64,000 nucleotides of DNA, from the NCBI GenBank assembly GCA_965235115.1, contig OZ249436.1, positions 41,046,001 to 41,110,000 of the forward strand, given 5' to 3'. Below, piece after piece: positions 1 through 13,006 of this stretch (position 1 is its first letter; the number at the start of each line of letters is the position of its first letter). A program made the position numbers and the translations under genes. The DNA comes from Laetmonice hystrix (taxonomy: Eukaryota). The notes under the pieces are model-generated. The model was not told the DNA's origin, did not search any database, and was given only the letters and a program-made list of their open reading frames with translations.

Positions 1-167
1 GTCAGACAAAGATAAAGAATGTCGAGGAGATAAAGATAAAGATAAAGAATATTGGTCAGATAAAGATAAAGAATGTCGAGGAGATAAAGATAAGGATCCC
101 TGCTAACAAACCCGGAGGTTTCTGCTGAATGTCTCCCTGACACTGTAATGATGTGCTGGTTGTACAG

Positions 168-3100
168 AGGCTGTGATACACTGCCAGTCAGACGAGGTGT
201 GTTCCGAGTACCGTCATCAGGTCTGTCAGGACACGGACGGTGATGGCGTCCCAGACACCTGTCTGTGTCAACAAGGGTTCTATCTCCGCCTCGGTATCTG
301 TGTCAGCTTTAGCCAAGGTAAACCACCTCATTCAACTCTAGGTCTCCATAGGGGATGAGCTGCGGTGTTTTAAATTTATAATTACCGTTCTTTTTTCAAA
401 TCTTTTTAAAAATTCTATTTTCACAATAATATATATGAAAGGATGATCAAAAAAGTATACAAAGATTCCTAAGAATCCGTTCGAAGTCAAGATGGTGAAA
501 TTTGAAGAAAAATGTAAGTTTATTTCTGTGGGCTTACGCCTTATCAACCAATAGGCGAATATGAGATTTTCCATATAATAATTTGCATCATGTGCACATG
601 TCTTCCCGACTGACATGGCCATGATGAATTAACAAAGCCCAAACCGAGATCTCATTATGCTCTTATAAATCCTAATTCCACCAGTAGGCCTAGGCCTAGT
701 TCTAAAGAGAATTGCTTGATTGTATACTACTTGAATTGAATATCTCCTTTTCTTTCGTTCTTCTTGCCAATGTCCGATTGTATAGGAAGCAGCCCATGTA
801 TAACGGCCGACCCATGTCAGCCGCGAGGGACGTGTCTCTATGACCCCGCTGACCGGGTCATGACCTGCCGATGTTTGCCGACGTTCACCGGAGACCGGTG
901 TCAGACCGGTGAGTGAGGGCCGGATCCAGGGGGCGGTTCTAACAGTAGGAGTGGTCCATAATACCAGCCCGAAATTCTGAGAGGCAATTATCGCAGATAC
1001 AATGAAGAAACATTAGGCCTAATTAGTGGAACGCTGCTTTGCAATTTTGTAGAACGACGTTGAAGAATATATAGAACGCGATGTTCGTCTTATAGGTTCT
1101 AAATTATACTGGAGTGGATCCAGAATTTATTAGAGGGCGACCATTAATTATTTGGGGGGCTGTTTTTTTTTTATTGTGAATATTTTTTTATTTCAAAGAG
1201 TGGACTGCCTCAATTATTTTTTTCCAACCCTCACGGCAAAATTGTATTTATTTCACATGAGACTCATTATTTATTTCCAAATACTAATAACACATTATTT
1301 ATTTCAGGCATGGTCAGGGAGAATTGATTTATTTCACCAATTTTCCACCCGAAATTATTTATTTCCAAAAACATCCAGCCCTCCCCCCTAAATATCTAAT
1401 GGTCGCCCCCTTATAGCGGGTAATGGTAACATTTTTTGCCCATACATACACATCTCACATATGAGATTTTCCGCAGACCACGATCAGAAAGCTTAACTTC
1501 TCATCCGAAAATCAGTTTACATCGTAATTTGCCTTTTAAGTGCCTTTTGATTATGAGAAAGAAACCTCCTCCAAGAGTGGGATTTACCCCTGTTACAACC
1601 TATAATGTAATAACTGACCGATAATGTGATAAAGGTCAAAATTTTATAAATTATTACATTATCATTACATTATCAACACCCTCTCCAACCGATAATGTAA
1701 TAATCGACCGATAGTGTAATAAAATTTCTAACTGATAATGTAATACAATTTTGACTCCGATAATGTAATAATCGACCGATAATGTAATCGAATTTCTAGC
1801 CGATAATGTAATACAATTTTCACCAATAGTGTAATAAGATACGCTACACGTCATCCACCAGGGAATCCCAAGGTTTCCCGACCTACTGACCGCTGCCATG
1901 GTCTGTTCCACTTGGCTGAGGACGAGTTAAATTGATAAGAGGTTAATAAAATTCGGTTATATGTGACAGTCATACGTCACGCTATGTCATGAAACTTGGC
2001 GTCAATTGAAAGAGCATGCATGACTTCCTATTCGTGCTCAATAGTAACTATGGCCCTATCTGGCCCCGTTTCCGAGTTAGAGCCATAGATATGTAAAGTG
2101 GCCACTGTTCAAAATTTTCAGGTCACGTGGTTTAACGAAAATAGGTCAAATCGATTCTAGCAAAGGGGATTCCACTGACCCTCTCTTTAGAGACCATCCC
2201 TGTGCAATTTAATAAAATTTTAATGAAAATCGAGGAAGAAGTAGGCATTTAAGCATTTTCTGACCTTTGACCCAGCTCTCAGACACGTCAAAGGTCAAAG
2301 GTCAAAATATTTGCAAAAAATGAATTAGGTCTCTGCTCAATTCCGACAGTTCATCAGGTTCTAAAAAGTTTCCATATTGACCTTGAAAACCGTCCCAATA
2401 GTCAGAACACTAATGACGGCATAACGTCATAACATTACCTCATGTAACGTCATGACTCATTGTCAGATCAGAGTTGGTGACTATCAACATGTCCACCAAA
2501 TTTGACTTTGATATCTTGAAAAACGACCGAGATACGACCCCTGTTTACTACTACTACATCTACTACGCATATAATACAGAAACCGAAACCAGACCATTTC
2601 TAGATCCCATCCCCCTAGGATGGGGGATGGGATAATAAAAAGGCGTAATTTAGGAACGTAATTTTTAATAAGTTGGGTGTTATGTAACACTTATTCACAC
2701 ACCCCAACCCCTCCCTCTGCAACGCTTTGTAACGGAACCCTACATACCCAACCACCCCCCAAGCGTTACGTAATTTATGGACAGCCCCCAAGGCAGGGTA
2801 GAGATTTGCCTCTTCACTTTATTACATTATCGGTCAAGATGGTATTACATTATAATAGCGTATTTTATTACATTATCCGTCAAAATTGTATTACAATATC
2901 GGTTAGCAATTTTTCCCGAATTTCATTACATTATCGGTCGATTATTACATTTTTAGTTGGAGAGGTTGTTGATAATGTAATGATAATGTAATAATTTATA
3001 AAATTTTGACCTTTATCACATTATCGGTCAGTTATTACATTATCGGTTGTAACCCCCCCCCCCACCCCCACCCCAGACGGTTCAGCATGTTGTATACGCA

Positions 3101-6100
3101 TACTGTTATAATTTGAGTCCTGTATTTTCTTTCCGTGACCAGAGGTTGAGGAATGTGGTAAAGGTTGGTACATGAACACGACCAGCAGTCACTGCGAACC
3201 CTGCCCACGTCATACGTACAAGTCGGAGCCCGGTAATCAGGGTTGTTCCTATTGTCCCCCCGGTGACTCTGGTACTCACGGCATCACCAAGGAGATAGGA
3301 GTGACCACTCAGGTTAAGTGTTTACCGGTAAGTTAACCTTTGTGTGTGTATGTCTGCCAGTAGATTCAGAGACTTACAGTAGACTTAGAGCTCTCCTCTG
3401 ATCGATCCATGAGCCTCTGTAACAAGGCCTGGCCCAGCTCGGCCTATGAATATGATGAGGGGGCTCGCTTACCTGCTTTATTGAACACTTTTTCGAACCC
3501 GCAGAATATGAGTTAGGGGCGTAGGAAGCACACACACACAATATCAGTTAATCCACAGTGCTGAAATAGTTTACAATGGCCCTCAGGAGCCTCCAAAAAC
3601 AAACCTCACCTGCATAGGAACTCGCTACGCTCGTTAAATTCACTTCGATCATTTCCAAAGGAAATATTGGCCCTCCCACTTTTAAAGTGCTTCCTACGCC
3701 TCCGTGAGTGATAACCGCACATAATCCTTTGCATTCAAAATGTAGATGGCCATCACTGGCAGCCACTGAGTCTCATGTCCCTGAAGTAAGATTCACACAA
3801 TTTTCGTATTCAAACGGGCAGTCGTGTTAAATTCGGTCATGGCGGCCCATTGCTACCACGACTGGGGTCAAAGGTCACAACAGGAGCAGTTAATGTTTCT
3901 GGCACCGTCCATCATGGAGGCCTGTAGGCCTATCTGAGGTGTTTCTCACAATGGAAGGTCAAAAAGCATTCCGTGATTTGAAAGACGGCGAATTCAAGGG
4001 CATTTAAAAGGCATCGTGTCAGCTCTCTCGAATCCGGACTTGAAAATTCGTATAAAATAGCTCTGATAGCCTGATATACCACATGAAAAGTGAACATCGA
4101 CGCACATTTAGATAGACTTGATAAATTGTCATAGGAAAAATGACAGAAATCTTTTCTTGTCCACACAAGACCCCCCGGATAGAGGCGTTCATGCCCCCGT
4201 ACGGCCCCCTGGCGGGAGGAACGATGGTTAACGTCACGACGTCAGACCTGAACGATCTCACAATTAGCAGCGTCTCGGTGGCCACGGGATCCTGCAATAT
4301 TGTCAGTTACAAGTGAGTCTTCTTTATTCTTACACCGACAATTAAAATTCCTCTTTCCAAATTCAAGATAATAGGCCCAACTGATTTCGATACATTCCTA
4401 CATCTCACAGTGTGAGCGCCAACGCTACCACCTTCCAATGTCTGACGTCAAGTGTCGATGACGTGGCGGTCGGTCCCATGATCCTCTCCGTGCTGGGTAC
4501 GGACGTGACGTCATCGGCCAACTATAGTTACCGGGAGGATCCGATCATCACCGAACTGGACAGAATCAATACTATTCTCAAGTTAGTACACGACAGAAAA
4601 TTAGTAAAAAAATCAGTTGGCCACTATATCATGTTTGTATATCAGTAGATGGAGGGGGTCTACATATACTACAGACTCGATTGTCTTTTTGATGGGGAAC
4701 TATTGCTTAAAATCCTACGCATGCAAAATTCCTCCAAAATTTGCCAGATCCCCCTCCCCTTCCTCCGATCCGGTGTATTTTTTTTTACATACATTGTACG
4801 TTTAGGGGCGGCCTGACTCTGACAGCAATAGGCGAGCACCTTGACTCTGTCTACCGGCCCATGTTGGAAGTAACCCGGATCCTTGGCGGAGACACGCGGG
4901 TCTTCACATCGGTATAAAAGAAATTAACCTTCTTGTTAATAAACCAGAAAGTTAAGATACGTGTGGAACTGCTTCCTTTTCGCAAAAAGAAAAAGTACAA
5001 GGGAGTGGGTCAAAATCTTCTCTGCATGAGTTCTAATATCTGGATCAAACTTTAGAAATAAATCAGTGAGAACAATCGTAACGAGGATTACTCCTGTATG
5101 TTCGTATGACCAGGTATGCCGAGCACGGAATAGTACTGAGATGGACTGCCCTACACCCGACATGACTGAAGGCTTCCAGATCTACGACTTCTCACGGTCA
5201 GGTCGCAGGAAACGGGAGGTGGCCCACCAGAGGGCGCTCTCGGACAACGTCCTACGTCATCGCGTCACACGTGACGTGTCAGGTCACGCCTTTAACTCAG
5301 ACGTCAGTAACATGCATGGCACTGACTATAAATAGATTATCATAATGATAATTGTAGTTTCGTATAGTATTATTATGGAGCCCCGGAGGTGACATGCTGA
5401 AAATATTTTTTCAGCGCACGGTTTAGTAATCCGTGCGCACGGATTAAAAAATATTTTCAGCATGTCACCTCCGGGGCTCCATATATTATAGTAGCCTAAC
5501 TATATATGCAGGGTTACTGTAATTTTATATAGGCCACATCACTTCTCTAATGACAGTAGGCCTACAGGTCTTTTATCACTGGTTCGGGGGGGGGACTTTA
5601 GGTGTCGGCTTCCCTCCAGAGTGAAAGGCTTCTGGAGAGGCTAATGAATATTCTATTAGACCTACTAAATAACGCACTTGATGTTGCCGTTATCTTCCCC
5701 ACCAATAGAGGACGCGCTTTCTGATCGGTTTCCGATTGGACGGTGTGGAACGCTACCGGAACCTGAGCTCCGTCCTACCGGAGTACAGCGAACTGATAGT
5801 CTACCGTGACCCTCTGGTGGAAATGTTTCCAGAGAAAGACAGGCTCTACTTCTACGACAGGGACATCCATCGTGGATTTCTACATCTGAAGGTAAGCGGG
5901 TGGGTGGCCGGGTTTAGGCCTAAAGGCTCTACTGGGCCCGGTTCACAAACAAGGTCAAGTCAATTTTAATTAACTTGAAATCCATTTTAACCAATCAGAT
6001 TCAAGTCAAATTGACTTCAAGTCAATTGTTTGTGAACCGGGCCCTGGACTTCGTCTTTTGACTTCCAATTTTCCCCCCTTTTTCTTCTTTTTTTTCTTGC

Positions 6101-9100
6101 TCTTTAATCTAATACACAATGTTCACTGGGTTTGGTAGATTTCTGTGAAGTTTTGATGAACCACTTTATTACAGGGGTATTATCTAGACTTTGCTGCCCG
6201 ACCGTCCGACTACCGAGTGACGATAGGGACCGAGGAGTGCCATGTGACGACTCTGTTCTCAAATGGCATCACGTGCAAGGCGCCCTCTACCGAGCCAGCC
6301 GCGGAACCAAACTCACCCGGTCCTCATGGAAAGCCTCAAGTCACGGTATATAAACTCACTCAAAGTATTGTTTTTAAAAAAACAGAGATCTTTTTGTATT
6401 TCCTGAACCCCATAACCAACCGTGAGAAATTATGTTTTGAGGTTAGATTGGACATAGCTATATTAGGCCTATAATGTTTGAAATCAGGATTGCTTATGGG
6501 ATTGTAACCCCACCCCTTGTAAGTTTGCTAACATGGGCGTCCGCGGGGGCCCCCCTTGATTGTCTTCCACGCCCGCGTTTCCGTTGCCTTCTTACGTTTA
6601 CATATAATTTTCCTCATGTTTGCCCCCCCCCCCGCCCTAAATATTAAAAATTATACCTGTATGCAGGTCGGCCATTAGTTCAAGAAGACCAATTAGGCCT
6701 ACCACTTGTCTCAAATGTTGAAAGTCTCGCACAATTTTGTAGGTGTACATCGGGAACCTACGTTATGTGGTCGGCTACATCAGTTACGTGCGTGCCCCAT
6801 CTAAGGAGGTGATAATAGGGGCCATAGTGGGCACCCTTGTGGTCGTCCTACTCCTGGGGGCCGTGGGTGTCGTCTGCTTGTTCTACGTCAGACGACGTAA
6901 GATGGAGCACAAAGTGAAGAACGCGAGCCTCAGGACGTTCACCAGCCACAACCCTAACATTTACTCGGAGAACGAGTACAGGTCGCAGGGAGGTCATTCT
7001 GCTTCCACTAACGGCTACCTCCAGCCGCTCAACAGACGGTCCCGGTCAGGTCAGTTCTCGGGAGGGGGGGGGGCAAAACAAAAAGAAAAGAAATCCCGAA
7101 ATAAAAGAATGTTCGCTGAATAAATAAAAGGTCATGAAAAATGTCATAAAAAGAAATGATAAAAAATTAAAATAAAAGAAAGACAAGAAATTTATGTCTA
7201 TGCTTACTCTTTTGTTAACAGGCTGTAAAGAAGTATTTTTTGTTGACAAATCAATGCAAGATTACGTCAGTTTTAGGCCTTTCTCTGTATACACGATGTT
7301 TGCCACAATAACTGCACAGACGGACAATGACGTCGGTTTGTTTACATTTCAGACCACTCGCTGGCACCGCTGGTGATCCCGACTGGAGGATTCGGCGTTC
7401 TCCAGGCTGGAGGATCTCCAGCCACCACTCCGGGCAGCCTGACCCTGTCTGCATTCACCTACCTTCCCGAGAGCCGACCCTTGACCCCTATCACTCCCCT
7501 TACTCCCCCCATGCACCAGAACGTGGCCTATCAACTGCCGCGACACAGCAGTATCCCGTTTGACGTCATGGACGAGATCAACGAGGATCTCAGACTCATC
7601 ATTAACGAGTGTAGGATCGAGAGCAGCAGGCTTTCCTTACAGGAGAGCATTGGAAAAGGTGGGCTTCTTCTTCAGTATAGGCTGAAAAAAATGTTTCTAC
7701 TGGAAGTGGAGGAAATAATGTAGGGGCGGTCTTCATTTCTTGTATTTTTGAGGTATTTTACCCAAATAAAGTTTTATAGTCCCACAATAATGCAATGCTC
7801 AAGTATTTCTCACTTACTCTTGAATTACCAGTGAACCTCCTCCGTGATGTGGAGTGACAAAGGACCCTGCTATAATATATTTTGGGTGTAGAGTATTATA
7901 GACTGCTGAAACCGTATCATGTTTTTGTTTATGTCAGGATTCTTCGGTAAGGTGTACCGGGGGTTGCTCAGTGATGAAAATGGGAAGAACCCGACAACGG
8001 TGGCAATAAAAACTGTGCAAGGTAAGTCAGGGTATATAGGGCATACAGCTGTCCTATATTATGAAAAAGATTTTTTTTGGTAGGGGGGGTTGCTCTCTAA
8101 TACTGCAACAGTTAAAGAGAAGAAAATATCCTTAAAGGGAGTATCTCACGAATTTCAAGTCATACGTGGTGATTCACAAAAATGTCTGCATTGCAGTTTT
8201 TCGATATGATCCAAAGCTCCCCTGCCTTTCTATGTGGACTTGGCGGGTATTATGTAAAATCAATTCTAAAAGTCGCCAAATCTTATTTCAGTCACTGAAA
8301 ATGACCTCCCTGGATTCCGAGACCCCGGGAGTTGTTTTTTTCATATTCCTAACCACACGGCCATTCAAATTAGACACACTATGGTCTGTGTAAATTAGAA
8401 GCTCAGACCCCTTCTGTCAGTATTCGCAATATAGATACTCGATTTGTACAAGCGAAAATAGATTTTGAATATTGTCAGCCTTCTTCTCGAGGAAATCACG
8501 AATATTTTTTTCACGAATTCTGGAACTACATAACTGCGGACTGTTACCGAAGGTGTGCTCTACACCACAACAATTACACAACATTCAAACGATTGGTAAC
8601 ATGCCAAAACGGCGACATTCATCGCGTTTGCGTGCATTCGAGCTATTTTTTGTAGTTTTTTTACACAGCTATCTACTCATAGGATATGTTAACAGAATCA
8701 TATGAAAAACATTCAGTGCTATAAAGTACGTCAGTGGTAAGGAGGTGATCACGTGGGCATAAATCTGAAAATTGCGGTCGATCCGGTGGGCGAGACAATC
8801 CCTTTAATAGTCAGGTGATAACTGATGTAATATAGGTTAGTGTCTGAGCGAGGATGTAGGTCACACCAAGATGTATGTTACTCATGTATACCGACTTGTT
8901 TCAGACAATCCAGGTAGGTATAGCAGTCATTGACTGTCAGTGTAACAGCGGTCATTGACTGTCAGTGTAACAGCAGTCATTGACTGTCAGTGTAACAGCA
9001 GTCATTGACTGTCAATGTAACAGCGGTTGACTTGTTATACTTGTCGATAACGCTAGCTTTATTGCTCACTACATGTTTAATTTACTGTATGGGTATCCGG

Positions 9101-12100
9101 TGTAGGCAATGGAGGACATAGGAGATTTTACTGTTATTTTTCAGAAATACATCAGTATTCTATCAGTATTCATATTTTATTTGAATGCAAATGATGCGAT
9201 TCATAAAAGTTGTTATTTCAATAGTATTGTTTAGAGCGCGCAGTTTGAGTAATATTCAAATTCGGTCAAGAAAGCGAATGACGTTCCTGTAGTCCGACAC
9301 TATTATAGGTCCATAGACATACTAAGTACTGTACTACGTTTCGGGGGAAAGAAGGCTGAGTCAGTGTTCGGGGATGAAGGGCAAATAGCAAGCGCTAAAC
9401 ATTGAGCTCATGCGACAATTCCCCCAAAAGCAATCAGTAGATTATCATGAGTATTTCTTGATGCCATCTTCAATGATGGCAGTACATGTATTTCATTATA
9501 TTGTGACGACACCACTTCGGGGCAATCAAGCACATTTTTTCGAAGTCATAAGGCGGACAAGTAATACTGTGGTCCCCGACTTTTGAGTGCGAATCTAACC
9601 ATATCTGTCCATTGGTTTGACCAAATATGATTACAAAAACTGTCAAGACTTGAATCATTTGGTTTCAACGGCCATTATTGGATCAATTAATTCAACACTA
9701 ATTGGACTTGGGAGCTTTATTGGTTAGTCCAAAAATAACCTCCCCCCCCCAACATTTTAACCTTTTCCCTCATAACCGAAATAATAGTGTTATCAGTACT
9801 ATTAATATACTATTTCACCGCATGCGAATGGTTAAAATGATTATGTTTGAGCTTGGCATCGGGTTGATAACCTTTTCTATACTGATAACCATGAAAATTG
9901 GTTGAGAAGTAACTTAACTGACCATAAATTATACTAAAAAAGGTCTCCTATAGTTCACATAGGGTATACACTCTGGTGCTCTATATCTGTAGTTGCATAC
10001 ACAGCCTAAAAATGCCAGGCTTGTTATTTATTTTATTTATTTTATTTATTTTGGACTTTTTGATAAATATACTCTCGAAGACATTATGTTGGTTTCCCCT
10101 GAGCGATCTGTTTCTTTCTTTGTATTTTATATTTTGTGTCCATTTTATGACACACGCCTTATCTATAGATCTCTTTTAGCTATGCATGTCCTAATTATAT
10201 CGTTTTCCAATTGTATTTCTATAAACCCCCTTAGCAGGCCCACCTCGAGTATCCGTAGTCTCTTTAATAGGAAAATAAATCTTATAGATTAGGTTATTAC
10301 ATCTTTGATCATGTCACAAGTATGATAGTAACAGACTAATATAATACCTTCATTATTAGGAGAGCGAAGTATTACTTGACCCGATTTTTCAAAATTTAAG
10401 TTCTTGCTCAAGCTATAGCGCTTCTGATTAGCTGGTCGGGATTCACCAGCTGGAGCGTCAGCAAGAACTTACTTGTTGAAGACCGGAACCTGAGAGTATA
10501 CATACATGTCTACCCTATCTTATAGACACCATGATTTATAAGTAAGCCTATATTGTATATTGAGTGTGGCTGGTTTACAGGCCAGCAGTGTACAGTCAAG
10601 GACGTGGAAGCATTCCTGGCTGAGGCGGTAGTGATGAAAGATTTTAACCACGTCAACGTGTTGTCTCTACTCGGGGTCGTCATTGCCGGTAATCGACCGT
10701 ACGCCGTACTGCCTTATATGGAGAACGGCGACCTCAAAACGTACATCTCAGAACCCGGCAGAGTAAGTCTGGGCCTAATATAGTCTGCAGGGAGGGGCCG
10801 CCGCTCCATATATAGGTCTATCATAATTCCCCCTTCCAATTATTTTTCCAATTATTTTTATTTTTATTTTATTTTTATTAATTTATTTTTTATTATTTCT
10901 AATGATAATTTCTAAATTTGTAGACATTAACGTCTACGTATCTCGAGTAGTTTAGGTGCTAAGTCAGTCGAAAGGATGGAAACCATGACCTTATAGGCAC
11001 TAGGGTCATTACGATGAAGGGTTTTAAATCTATGTGTCCCCTGTGGATCTACTGTTGTGATTAAGAGGTTTACTAGTAAAAATGTAAATTTTATTTACCA
11101 TAAAGATTCAGTTACGTATGTATTTCTTTAACCGTTTTTGTTTCCAGAGCATCAAGGTCCGCGAGTTGATAGAGTTCGGAGTACAGGTGGCTGCAGGAAT
11201 GGAATACTTGACCAACCAGAAGTTTGTCCATAGAGATCTGGCTACTAGAAACTGCATGTATGTGGCACCTATTCCTGTCTCAGGAACACTATATTCAAAC
11301 TGTTAGTCTTTACCTGGGTCTTCATAGGAAAACACTAAACAACGATAGGCCTTGTTTCGGCTAGATAATATGTCCGAACAGCCACGTCCGCAAATGTCCG
11401 CAAATATCAGTTAGATATATCCGGTAATCCGGATATGTCCGCAAATATATCAGCTAAATGTGCCCGGTAAACCGGATATGTCCGCAAATGTCCGCTAAAT
11501 GTGTCCGGTAATCTGGATATGTCCGCAAATGTCAGCTAGATGTGTCCGGCAACGGACACATCGAGCTGATATTTGCGGACATAGATCTATCCATTTCTCT
11601 GGACACATCTAGCTGATATTTGCGGACATATATCCGGATTACCGGACACATCTAGCTGACATTTGCGGACATATCCCCTATCGGACATAGCTATAGCCGT
11701 TCGGACGTTTCTAGCCGGAACAGGCATATTCCTATTTTTTATGAGAGGAAAAGCTGCAGAGACCTAACACAAAAAAATTACAATTTGTCAAATCAACGCC
11801 TTATTATTTGTATAGATTATTCATATTCTTTCACGTTATTTCCTCCTATAGGATTAACAAATCGTTGACTGTGAGGATCGCCGATTTCGGATTATCGCGC
11901 GACATTTACCGATCCGATTATTACCGAGTAGAAGACAAACATCGCCCTCTACCGGTCAAGTGGATGGCCATCGAGAGTCTGACGGGCGGACTTTTCTCAG
12001 CCAAGAGCGACGTGGTTCGCAATCATTCTATTATTAACACTTAAAGCGTTAGAGTGAATTTTTCTCTCGTTGTTGAAGCACTGGGCCTAGTTATAAAACA

Positions 12101-13000
12101 GAGGAATATATATAAGGAAGGGGCGCGAGGCCGCAAGGGTGACTGAGTTTCTCCCCAGTTTATTTATTTTCTTCTGGTATATTTCATCAATATATTTGTA
12201 GTTATTATTAATTTGATGAGAAGTCCGTTCAGGGACTCGGTGTCTCAGCCTTGCGCTAATGGAACATAACAGTCAGACTTTGAAGTTTGCATGAACTTGT
12301 TCTTTCAGTGGTCGTTCGGAGTATTAATGTGGGAGTTACTCACCAGAGGGTGCTCGCCGTATCCTGATATCGACACGTTTAACCTGAAGCATTACTTATC
12401 GTCCGGTAGACGGCTCTCACAACCCGAACACGCCCCGGATGAAGTGTGAGTATAGATCTACAGATATGTTATCCTAAATGTCGTCAAGGATCCAAGGCAT
12501 TTTTCTGCCTTCCCTTTTCATATCATAATTATTTTAAATAATGAAAAATGCTGCTTAATGGTAACCTCTTAATCAGCATGCTAAGGTACCTAATCACCAC
12601 CAGAAATGTTAATATTGTTAGGCCCAAGGCCCCCTTTATCTTCCTATAATAGTGCGACAGTGTTTGATCACCAACATGAAACATTAGCATTAGGCCTACG
12701 CCATCAGGGCAGAATTTTGAAAGGCGGCATGACTTATGAATAGACTCTAAAGGGCAGCAGTAGTTCAAAACCATATATTTTACCTATAGTTGGCACCAAG
12801 GGCATCCCCCCCCCGTTACTGTTATTAATCTAGCCGAACTTGCCTACCCTCTGTTGTATCCCAGGTACGCCATCATGTGTAGCTGTTGGCGGGAGAGACC
12901 CGACGACCGACCAACCTTCACCCAGCTACGGGAGGCAGTCGTCAAGGTAGTCAATCAGCAGGCGGACGACATGATGCCAGAGTACCTCAAACTGATCTAG
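168..13000 (+). CDS. MET/RON (HGF receptor)-like receptor tyrosine kinase, 5'-partial; EGF-like / EGF / ephrin-receptor-like Cys repeat / IPT stalk / TM / tyrosine kinase
   Basis: Phase-consistent GT-AG exons: 168-317, 786-908, 3143-3327, 4170-4312, 4411-4581, 4806-4911, 5114-5302, 5709-5891, 6175-6345, 6743-7049, 7353-7658, 7938-8021, 10581-10762, 11148-11257, 11852-12014, 12309-12445, 12865-13000 (TAG 12998-13000). Kinase motifs [88 protein letters not shown] are MET-family-like. [29 protein letters not shown] followed by RRRK. Confidence 0.93.
1133..1411. mobile_element. MITE-like inverted-repeat element (Harbinger-like termini)
   Basis: Terminal inverted repeats gggcgaccatta / taatggtcgccc around an AT-rich non-coding core. 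Confidence 0.55.
1591..3052. mobile_element. Non-autonomous DNA element with about 240-bp inverted arms (Ginger-like TGTTA terminus) and other repeats nested inside
   Basis: 1591-1835 is the near reverse complement of about 2815-3052; arms are built from ccgataatgtaat subrepeats; C-runs flank both ends. Confidence 0.7.
5376..5481. mobile_element. Palindromic MITE in TA-rich context
   Basis: ggagccccggaggtgacatgctgaaaatattttt and its exact reverse complement enclose a short core. Confidence 0.75.
5935..6043. mobile_element. PIF/Harbinger-like MITE
   Basis: TIR ggcccggttcacaaacaa / ttgtttgtgaaccgggcc with 3-bp CTG direct repeat on both sides. Confidence 0.75.
8136..8803 (+). mobile_element. 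Kolobok-like non-autonomous DNA transposon, copy 1
   Basis: TTAA on both flanks, aggga...tccct termini; diverged inverted copy at 46326-46965. Confidence 0.8.
8905..8913 (+). CDS. Candidate 9-nt microexon of the receptor kinase (adds D-N-P)
   Basis: cttgtttcag|ACAATCCAG|gtaggt; frame-preserving within a phase-1 intron. Confidence 0.5.
8923..9025. repeat. 25-bp tandem repeat, about 4 copies
   Basis: Unit cagtcattgactgtcagtgtaacag containing the hairpin cagtca-t-tgactg. Confidence 0.9.
11346..11728. mobile_element. Foldback MITE with internal tgtccgcaaat subrepeats
   Basis: Imperfect TIR tgtttcggctaga / tctagccggaaca; subrepeats in the left half are inverted in the right half. Confidence 0.7.
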
Positions 13001-13006
13001 ACACTA

